Of a stretch of 64,000 nt of DNA, positions 44,901 through 55,100 are shown piece by piece. The stretch is taken from NCBI GenBank assembly GCA_002269645.1, contig NIVC01003044.1, forward strand, positions 59,481 to 123,480. Reading direction: 5' to 3'. The stretch comes from Macrostomum lignano. Its lineage: Eukaryota. Positions within the stretch are counted from its first letter, which is position 1, and each line of letters opens with the position of its first letter. Position numbers and translations under genes: made by a program. The notes beneath the pieces are model-generated. The model did not search any database, had not been told where the DNA came from, and was given only the letters and a program-made list of their open reading frames with translations.

Positions 44901-47872
44901 GGTGCCCCCTGCAGTAGCTTTGGTGCCCCCTGCAGTAGCTTTGGTGCCCTGAAGTAGCTTTGGTGCCCCCTGCAGTAGCTTTGGTGCCCCCTGCAGTAGC
45001 TTTGGTGCCCCCTGAAGTAGCTTTGGTGCCCCCTGAAGTAGCTTTGGTGCCCCCCCTGCAGTAGCTTTGGTGCCCCCTGCAGTAGCTTTGGTGCCCCCTG
45101 CAGTAGCTTTGGTGCCCCCCTGCAGTAGCTTTGGTGCCCCCTGCAGTAGCTTTGGTGCCCCCTGAAGTAGCTTTGGTGCCCCCTGCAGTAGCTTTGGTGC
45201 CCCCTGCAGTAGCTTTGGTGCCCCCTGCAGTAGCTTTGGTGCCCCCATAGTAGTTATAATACCATAGTATTATAATTTGCATCATGAATCCCACGGCTTT
45301 TATCCCAAAAATATGTCAGAGGTGACTCAACGTACGATAATTAAAGTGTTGGGCGACATCGTCTTCATGGCCACGGCGATTCCCGCGATCAGACCACCGC
45401 CTCCAACTGGGACAACAACGGCGTCAACAGTTTTGGACATTTGCTCAATTATTTCCAGCCCAATGGTGCCCTGGCCTGCCAGGATCTGCGGGTGATCGTA
45501 ACTGTGAAAAGGAGAGGGTACGGTAAAGTAGAGTAGAGTAGAGTAGAGTAGAGTAGAGTAGAGTAGAGTAGAGTAGAGTAGAGTAGAGTAGAGTAGAGTA
45601 GAGTAGAGTAGAGTAGAGTAGAGTAGAGTAGAGTAGAGTAGAGTAGAGTAGAGTAGAGTAGAGTAGAGTAGAGTAGAGTAGAGTAGAGTAGAGTAGAGTA
45701 GAGTAGAGTAGAGTAGAGTAGAGTAGAGTACAGTAGAGTAGAGTAGAGTGAATAAGATGCAAAAAGAAAGTACTACACGAAATACTACTTCTTTAAAAGT
45801 AGTATAAGCTGACCCGTTCACGTAGAGCAGGCCCTCAGTCTTGGCAATTCTCATCGCGATAATCTTGGCCTCGTTAAAATCGTTGCCCGTAACGACTACC
45901 CGAGCTCCGTATTGCATGCACGCGTAGATCTTCATCAGCGGGGCCATGGTTGGCATGACAACCGCGACGGGGATGCCGAGCTCCTGGCCGTGGTAGGCCA
46001 GGGCCAGCGCGTGGTTGCCGGCTGAGGCGGCGACAACTCCGACTTTGCGCTGCTCCTGTGGCCGGTGGGTAAAATTAATCGAGCGAGCGATTAAAAGATT
46101 TTGACGCTTTAAATGCGTTAAATTAAATGCCCCAATTGCTACTAGTAAGGCTGGTAGCTACAAAGGACAGCAATTTTCAAACAAAAACAAAACCCCTCCA
46201 ATAGTAGCTAGGGGCAAGAACTTCCAAGAAAAAACCTTGCTGCAACAAGGACTACATCTCAACGACATCGCAACGACATCACAGTCACAACGACACCAGA
46301 TTAAGTCACTGACATTGACATTAATGACCCAAGAGAAGCTACAAGATAAAGGCGCTATCGCAAGTTTCGTATTGCGTCGGCATATTTTTCGGAACACTTG
46401 ATTCTTTGAAAGACGATATCTAAGAAAACGATTCAGTCCCAGTGCTACTCTGCATTTTAGAGTCATGCTATCTTTTATAACGAGAGCTCTTGGGTGCTTA
46501 TCTTAACGCATAAATTTTTAACGCACCTAGAAGTCACCTGAACGACACACCTCAATTTAAATGGTTGTTGTAGATTGCCAGAGAGGTTGATATTTTATTA
46601 GAGAAGTTACCATTTCGTTGGAATGATTGCAATTTTATTAAAGGGGTTGCCATTTCATTGGAAGGGTTGCAATTTTATTATAGGGGTTGCATTTCGTTGG
46701 AAGGATTGCAATTTTATTAGAGGGGTTGCCATTTCATTGGAGGGGGTGCAATTTTATTATAGGGGTTGCCATTTGATTGGAAAGGTTGCAATTTTATTAG
46801 AGGGGTTGCCATTTCATTGGAGGGGTTGCAATTTTATTATAAGGGTTGCCATTTCATTGGAGGGGTTGCAATTTTATTAGAGGGGTTGCCACTTCATTGG
46901 GGGGTTGCCATTCAGAATGAGGGGAAAGGCCAACCTTGTCAAGGCACAAAAGGGTGTACCGAGCGCCTCGCTCTTTAAAGCTGCCGGTGTACTGAAGAAA
47001 GTCCTTCTTCAGATAGATGTCCATGTTCGTGATGCGGGACATATGCGATCGCTGCAAATGGAATAAATGGCATCAATTATGAGTAGTAGAGGGGTGCCAA
47101 AACCATTTGCTAAAAAAGTGCATGTTCTTATCAATGCTAGTTTGTTCCATGGATTGGCCCAAGATCTTTGTCATGGAATACCAAAATAATTGTTGTGGAG
47201 TATCAAAAGCCTTGTGTCAGGGAGTACCCAATGTTTCATGTCAGGGAGTACCCAATGTTTATGTCAGAGAGTACGCAATGTTTCATGTCAGGGAGTACCC
47301 AGTGTTTTTTGTCAGGGAGTACCCGATGCTTCGTGTCAGGGAGTACCCAGTGTTTCATGTCAGGGAGTACCCGATGCTTCGTGTCAGGGAGTACCCGATG
47401 CTTCGTGTCAGGCAATCTGAGCCTTAGCAACACCGGAGCTCACATCGCACGGAGTTCGAACAATGCCCTTTCGAATTTTGTAAGCGGCTGCGCTGACGTC
47501 TTGAAATTGAATCGGCTTGGGATTGTTCGGATCGCAGTTGGGATCGAACAGTTGCTCTTCAGCGACAAAATCGTCCACAGTCGAAGTCGACGCTGCCACG
47601 CCGGAGCTGTCGGCGAGAGAGACCTTGACATCTGCTGCACCACCATTGACATCTGCAGCAGCGGCGACAGCGGTGGCAGCGGCTGATGCGTCCTGCGGCA
47701 GCGACATGCTGGAGCCCTTTCCACTGAGCCCGCCGCTGCTTGAAGCTGCCGACAAGTCGTTGCGGCTGTCAGGATCGATGATGTTAGTCGTGTAGGAGCG
47801 CAGCTTGCTTCCGCTGCCAGACGAAACGGTGTAACTTTCCAGAGTTGCTTCGAAACTCAAATCGGGCTCCAT
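41912..47872 (-). CDS. PLP-dependent L-threonine ammonia-lyase (threonine dehydratase, TdcB/IlvA-like) with C-terminal ACT domain, 521 aa, 7 exons
   Basis: Exons 47872-47444, 47051-46935, 46055-45814, 45501-45336, 44260-43968, 43013-42783, 41999-41912 total 1566 nt, in phase. Motifs: TGSFKERGA (PLP lysine), AASAGNHA, YDHPQILAGQGTIGLE, VPVGGGGLIAG, LADGL, VVEGAGAAGLAA, LCGGNID, ACT SDRPGGIAELS..IKDIFHERAW. Confidence 0.92.
42055..42720. repeat. Intronic minisatellite, ~54-bp unit
   Basis: CTCCCTCTTCCTGCCTCTATGGGGTGAGGG... recurs with period 54 in intron 6 of the dehydratase. Confidence 0.95.
43225..43915. repeat. Intronic minisatellite, 20-bp unit ATCTACTCAGACACTCCAGA
   Basis: Tandem copies in intron 5. 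Confidence 0.95.
44372..45250. repeat. Intronic minisatellite, 21-bp unit GTAGCTTTGGTGCCCCCTGCA with variable C-run
   Basis: Tandem copies in intron 4; source of the GAPKLLQ ORFs. Confidence 0.95.
45526..45750. repeat. Intronic (AGAGT)n array
   Basis: Fills intron 3 of the dehydratase; ORF 45327..45956 reads through it artefactually. Confidence 0.95.
46615..46910. repeat. Intronic minisatellite, 40-bp unit
   Basis: GGGGTTGCAATTTTATTAGAGGGGTTGCCATTTCATTGGA tandem copies in intron 2. Confidence 0.9.
47215..47412. repeat. Intronic minisatellite, 24-bp unit GTCAGGGAGTACCCGATGCTTCGT
   Basis: Period 24 (47341, 47365, 47389) in intron 1. Confidence 0.9.
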
Positions 47873-48294
47873 ATTGCTGCTTCTGTGACGGCTAAAAATG
47901 CAAGATTTTGTGCTGTTTTGTTTTCAAACGGGCAGGAAACGAAGTTTTCTAACGTGACTCAAGTACCCTGAGATATTTTTCCAGCTTGTATTCTTATCTG
48001 AATGTTGTCTCCGAGGTTTTCATTCCAAGCGCTAAATTGGAAATGTTTTTCATTTAAACCCCTCTTTACTATTGACCTTATCAAATTAAAATGAAATCTT
48101 GATCTGGCAAGTTTACCTGTTTGGCCCTGCCCAGGCTTCAAAACTGGTTTAAACTAGCTTTGAGGACAGAAAAATAACATTAGACAGTGAGAGGTTAAAA
48201 TGAAATGGTACATTAGAAGAGGAAAATGAATACTCGTAGCTTATAGAACAAATAATTACAGATCGGATTTTGGGCTACTCATCTCGAATAAACA

Positions 48295-48590
48295 AACGGA
48301 GCCAACCGGAGCTCATGCCTTCTATTGGTGGAGGCGTGGCCAGGGGGTAGAGAAACGGAGTAAAAATAAACCAAAACAGCTCGCAGCCAATCAGAGCCCG
48401 TGTAGGGCTCCTATGGAGTGGAGGGGTGGTCAGGGGTTAGAGAAACGGAGTAGAATAAAGCAAAACAGCTCGCAGCCAATTAGAACCCATGTAGAGCTCC
48501 TATAAGGTGGAGGGGTGGCCTGGGGCAGAGAAACGGAGTGAAAAACAAAACAGTTCGCAGCCAATCAGAGCTCAGAGATTCCGCGAGGCG
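48295..48590. promoter_or_regulatory. Triplicated ~88-bp module with CCAAT box and GGGGTGG box between divergent genes
   Basis: AGAAACGGAGT at 48351, 48441, 48529; GCAGCCAAT with CCAAT at 48387, 48476, 48561; lies between the dehydratase ATG (47872, -) and the ATG at 48959 (+). Confidence 0.5.
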
Positions 48591-48958
48591 TGGTATCAAT
48601 AAAGTAGAAAAAGCTTGAATACTGGTTTTGCCTAATAATACCTGGAAAATATCATTCAAATACCACTTTTACTACTGTGAGAGTAGTATGAATGACAAAA
48701 TAATAAAATCAGTCGAATATGCTCTGCATTTAAAGTAAATGTAGAAATAGCCGTTGAAGCTTATAGAACAGATAAAAACTGAAAAAGTGGGTGAGGAAAA
48801 TTCTGAAAATACGTGTGCATACACTACCCACTGCACAATTTCTCAGGTCAACCAACAGTTTGCTCTGTGAAAAGATAAAGAGCTCGAGAAAATGCTAGTT
48901 TTTCTGCTCAGAGTAGCAGCAGGCCTCAAAGCAGTCTAGTTCTCACCCGAGCAGCAAA

Positions 48959-50215
48959 ATGGCCGGAAACATTAGCCAATTGCTGCTTTTTCCGTTGCTT
49001 CTGCTACTGCTGCTTCTGTCCAGCCCGGCCGTGTCCCAGGATGAGGAAGGCGAAGAACATCATTCTCGGGTTGGCGATCCGAAGTACTGGACGGCCGAGT
49101 GCTTCAGCCAGTGCTACCTGATCTACCTGCGGTGTATTGGGAATATTTTCCCACCTGGTCGGCTCAACAATCAGGAAATGGTGGAGCTGTTTAAGAATAA
49201 GTCGCTTCATTTTCACGAACGAATTGAAGCCTGCAGCGCCAAATACAGCGCCACCATCAACATTGAGGATGAGTGAGCCACTTTGGTAGATAGATTACAC
49301 AGTTAAACTGTGATTGTAGATAGACACAATTCGTAGTAGATAGACACATTGACTGCAGATAGACAAAAAGTGGTAGGACTCGCTAGCAGTAGATAGACAC
49401 AAAGTGGTAAAACAGACACATCGATGGTAGACAGACACATTGGTAGTAGATAGACACATTGGTGGTAGATAGACACATTGGTAGTAGATAGACACATTGG
49501 TAGTAGATAGACACATTGGTAGTAGATAGACACATTGGTGGTAGATGGACGCATTGTGATGGTAGAGAGTCACATTGTAATGATAGATAGACGAATTGAT
49601 GGTAGATAGACACATTGGTAGTAGATAGACACATTGGTGGTAGATAGACGCATTGTGATGGTAGAGAGTCACATTGTAATGATAGATAGACGAATTGATG
49701 GTAGACAGACACATTGGTAGTAGATAGACACATTGGTGGTAGATAGACACATTGATGGTAGATAGACACATTGGTAGTAGATAGACACATTGGTGGTAGA
49801 TGGACGCATTGTGATGGTAGAGAGTCACATTGTAATGATAGATAGACGAACTGATGGTAGATAGACACATTGATGGTAGATAGACACATTGGTGGTAGAT
49901 AGACACATTGTTGATAGACAGACATAAAGGTGGTAGACAGACACATTGTGCTAGATAGACACATTGATGATAAACACATTTGTGGTAGATAGACAGTGCT
50001 AGGGGTCCTTGACACTGTGTTCATATTGTAGTGGTTGCAGGATGTCTTTACTACAAAGTCAAACTCGAAAATCTGAATTTCTGAAAAGTTGATTCGCAAA
50101 TTGCGCTTCCAGCGACACTCGGACAGCTCGAATAGCCGAGCTGAACGCCACAGTTGGCGTCATGAGCAACTTTGACCTCTGCGTCTTCACCCAGTGCGGC
50201 GCTGGCGGCTTCTAG
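48959..50215 (+). CDS. Secreted six-cysteine protein of unknown family, 138 aa, 2 exons
   Basis: Exons 48959-49272 (GA|gtgagc) and 50113-50215 (ttccag|C); Leu-rich signal peptide; Cys pattern C48-x3-C52-x6-C59-x32-C92-x35-C128-x4-C133. Confidence 0.75.
49305..49995. repeat. Intronic minisatellite, 19-bp unit GTAGATAGACACATTGGTA with higher-order blocks
   Basis: Tandem copies fill the single intron. Confidence 0.9.
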
Positions 50216-50259
50216 TGAGTCTGCGACTGCTTTTAGTGGTATTTCATCGGCATCTTCCT

Positions 50260-50463
<204 letters not shown>

Positions 50464-52140
50464 GTACGAGCTAATTAGTAATTACCTGTGATTTATAAGC
50501 TCCGTATCTTTGACTTTCAGCGGCAGTTTCAACGTCAATGCCGTGGTCTATAAAACGGTCCTGTCAATTGTTAACAAAAAAGTCGACGATAAATACGATT
50601 TTTACTTTCAAATGAATACTTTTTAAATACAGTAATGATATGCTTGAACAATACTATCAGTAGGGTTTTACGATCTTACAAGTGGCAAAGCGATATAATT
50701 ACTTGTATTGATCGCGTATGCTACAATGTTAATTTCAATTAAACATTTAAAACAATTGGAAAATAGGTGTATAATTTGGTAGAAAATTAGATCGACTATT
50801 ATCAGTGCTAAGAAAGCCATCCTCTGCAAGTTGCATCGCATATCTATCTAGACACCAATGTGTCTATTTTTCTGTTAGAATTCGAACCAATTAAAGGATA
50901 CTGACTATTACGCGCGTATGTTAAATTTTCGAGATTAAATTTGAAACCGTTAACCCTGAAAAAATGGTGTGTTAACACCCCTGGATAAAGTTGTATTGCG
51001 GTAGAAGCCTCTTGTTGTGATTGTCTAGAGAGCCTGTGGTTGTATATTGCATTGAAAGCATCTGCTAAAGTGCACACAAAGTTGCTAGCTAGTAGGAGCC
51101 CCATGACGTGGTAGCCTGCTGTTGTGGTGGAGAGCCTCTGGTGGTATTGAAAGCATCTGCTAAATATAAAGGGATAAAGAACCTCTGGTTGTGGTAGAGA
51201 GCCTGCAATTGTAGGAAGAACGGTTTGTGTAAGTATCTTTTTGTGATAGAGAACCTCTGGTTGTCGTATAGAACCTCTGGACGTTGTGGCAGAGCCTGTT
51301 TTCGCATTACTAGAAAGCCTGTTCTGTGGCAGAAGAGTCTGTTGTTGCAGTAGAAAGCCTCGCGTAGTATTGCGGTAGAGAGCCCCGCGTAATTGCGGGT
51401 AGTGTCGCGACTTTCCTAGTCATTTCTTTAGTTCACCTTCACTTGTCTCTGTTTACTCTGTTTTCTCTCTCTGTCTAGCTCAATCTCGTTATTCTTATCT
51501 CTCTCTCCCTTGCTGCCTTCTGATTGGCTCTCCATCCTCGCCTTTCTTTAGTCGCGCACTCCCACCCCTCTCTTTATTATCTGCAATTCAAACCCCCTAA
51601 GTTAATGTCTGGTATAAATACACTGGTTTGGGCCCTGCGCCCACTTACTGGCTCCAATTTAACTCCATGTAAATATATTCTTAGTTTTTAGTCTTATTTT
51701 CTCGACAGGTAGAGAGGCCTCGCGTAGTATTGAAATTGCTGTATTAAGCTTTCATCTGCTTAAGTGCCTGCAAGCAGTGAGAGCCTATAAAGTTGTGGCA
51801 AAGAGCCATTGATAGATAGTCTAAAATCTATCTAGACAGTAGTAGAATTGCAGTACATCGCACACAGATGCGCATTATTTCTTCTGCACACAAGGGTCAC
51901 GTCTCCTTAAGACAATTCCTGAGCGTTTACAGATCAATTTACAATGCGAAGATTCTCACTCGAAAACTTAATTGTGTTTATCTTACCTCGGCTACTTTCG
52001 AAGACTAAGTTAAATATAAACAAATGCTATCTAGTTCTTGACTTGAAATTTAAACCAACTAATTAGATTAACTGCAGAGATGCAGAAAGTTGCGCTTGAA
52101 ATTTAGAGTGACAACATTGACGGAGACACTGAGCCAAACG

Positions 52141-55100
52141 ATGTTGCAGGCTATGTTGCTGCTTCTAGTGGCTACTTGCACCGTAGCACAGTCAACCACA
52201 GAAATTGGCCAAGCTGTTGACATCGACTGTCTAGTTGGTTTCGAGGCTGTCAACGGTGTCTGCACGGACGTTGACGAGTGCCAGCGGTTGAACGACGATG
52301 GGAGTGGCGTGCTGGAAGAGGATCGCCGAGACATCTGCGGTAACTACGTGCACAGCCACCGGCCCGGCTACCGGTGCGTCAACACGCCGGGCTCCTATCG
52401 GTGCGAGCGAATCGTTGACTGCGGATTCGGCTACCGGCTGAATGAGACGCTGGGTGTCTGCATCGGTGAGGATTCGGAGCTGGGGATCTTTGCGCGATGG
52501 GTGGATTGGTCTAAAACTCGAAAGACCTGACTTTCTCATGGTTGGACATGCGCACTCTCTGTGCCTTTGGAGTTGGCCATCGTAGGCGGGAATCACTTGA
52601 CAATTTATATAGGCCAAATTAACGGCCTATTAACGCTCGGAATCGAATCTAGGAACCTAAAACCTCTGATCTACTCTTCCCACGGTCTTTGTATCTGGAG
52701 GAGTGTTGTTTGTTGGGACTCTACATTTCGATTCAAAACGATGACAACGAAATTGAAGACCTCTATTAGATTGAGCAGATAATAAAATTCTGTATGATTT
52801 ATAGGGATTGAAAAAGAGAAGTGGATTGAATAGCGGGATGTAAATTGGACTAGATAGTTGGATCTAAACGGGACTAAATAGTGGGTTCAAACGGGACTAA
52901 ATAGTGGAATCTAAAACGGGACTAAATAGTGGATTCAAATGGGACTACTGGGATCGAAACGGGACTACATAACGGGATCGAAATGGGACTACATAGCGGG
53001 ATCGAAACGGGAATATAATTACTTGTACATGTACCGTAAATATACATTCGCAATGCGGGTACAGGATAATTAGAAGTTCAAGTCTAATTCATCATCGAAA
53101 TTCACCAAAACACTCCCGCAGACATTGACGAATGCGCAGTTCTTGGCTATGAAGCGGCTTGCGGTCTGAAACTGCCAATCAAGGTGTGCATCAACCTCGA
53201 AGGCTCGTTCCGCTGCGACTATCGCACCTGTCCGCCAGGCAGATACCTCGACAGAACCACCGGCGAGTGCAATCCATGTCGACGAGGCTACGCTAAAAAC
53301 TTGCTGGATGAATGCGTTGACATCGACGAGTGCGGTAGCCGAAAAGACAGCTGCCCGCCTCACATGCGATGCGTGAACTACATTGGCGGCTACGAGTGCA
53401 AGCATAAGATCTTCTGTCCTATGGGTCGGCGGGCCAACTACAATGGGACTCTGTGCATCGGTGAGTTACCGCAGAGAGAGAGATAGGAAGGGTGGAGAGG
53501 CCCAATTAAATTGCTTCGATTGTAATTCGATAATATTTTAGGATCTTTCCTTTATCATCGGCAATCATCATATTTGGGTGTCTGTCCTTCGGGAACAATT
53601 GATCCCGCGTTCCTAAAAGTCACTGGAAAATTCCAATTGCACTTAGCTCATAAGGACTGAGAGGTGGCATGTGCACCTTAAATCCAACTCTAGCCATAAC
53701 TCTCCACTCTCTTCTCACTAGGCCTAAGCTGGGGCCAAGTGTGACGCAAATTGCATCATCCACAGTTGATACGAAAACCGCGGACGTGATGTGAATTGGG
53801 GGTGAGATCTGAGAAATAGCTCAATGGTCAGGCCACGATAAAGATGTGCTAGACTTGAACGGTATAAAGAGAATTGCCCGAAAAGTTAGTTGATATAACA
53901 AGCTGTCTATGGCCAAAACTCTATTTAGCTGGTCGGAAATTTCTGAGGTTTATTTTTAGAAAACGAAACACATCGTCTATGGTAGTGGGTGGGGCTTCGT
54001 TCCCACGCCCCCGTCACTCACTCTCAAAGTGCTGTTGGTTTAAGCGAAAATGTCTATGGTACAATGCCAATGCTTTGCGCGCATTAACGCCGTTATGCAT
54101 CATTAAGTAATGCATCATTTTGAATTTTAAAGTTTACATGATAATTAAATGCTCTGTTGGAAAATTCCACCACTGGCTTCACTGATTAACCATTCTTATT
54201 TGATTCTGCGTGCAGGATTGCTGATCTGGCACGCCCAAGCGTGCAGAATTGATGTTGTCTATGGCAAATTATCCTTTAGGTCTAATGCATCTTACGTGCA
54301 GGATTGCAATTTATTTTTAGACAACAAGAAAATAACGAGTGAAAATTGGTTAATATCATTACTAGTTTTTCGCTTGCGATCAGATGCTACTCAAATACAA
54401 ATTCAATGACGTTGGTGTCACCATTGGCTCGAATCTTCAAATTCTTCCGATTTTCCGGAATAACTCGCACACAGCGCACCGAGCCCGACGTAGGATCGTT
54501 GATCACGTCAACTGGGTCACTTGCCTCACTGCGTACAACTTGAGGGTCGGCCGTAGTAGCCACCTCCACGGCAGCCGTTAGTTGATGGCTCATAGCACAA
54601 ATCGCTTGTTCGCGTTTATTCCCGCGTCGAATGTAGCGCTCGACGGATGCACCTCGCTTGTGGCCAGTCACTTTAGCGATAGTTTCGACATTAAATCCAG
54701 CGTCGTGAAGTTCTGTGATTACAGTTGCACGCACAGTCTAGTCAGTCGCTAGCAGCTTCTCTAAATCGGTGTCAGCAATTGCATCCAACATGGGCAGCAG
54801 CCATTCGTTCTCTCTTTCCCACTTGCTAGAAATGGCTGCAATTGCCACCTCTTCGGATGACAAACCGTCGACGGTTGCGTATCGCATGTCCATAAGCGGA
54901 GGAAGAATCGACGGGTTGATTAGAGAAACCATTGCTTTGTTTTTATAGTGGCAACTAGCTTTCAATTGTAATCTCCTTTCGTTACCCCCTCCCCTCACCA
55001 TCTCCAGCGTGCAAGATTGATTTTGTCTATGGTTAAAATGTGGGGGGGGCTTCGCCCCCACGCCCCCAGCGGGGGCTCTGCCCCCGCACCCCGCTAGCAG

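Noticed and set aside
44445-45294. GAPKLLQ/GGTKATA ORFs
   Set aside because: 21-bp intronic satellite in dehydratase intron 4
12777-47872. ALDH8A1 and threonine ammonia-lyase as a metabolic cluster or operon
   Set aside because: Convergent orientation, separate pathways (kynurenine versus Thr/Ser) and unrelated genes in between
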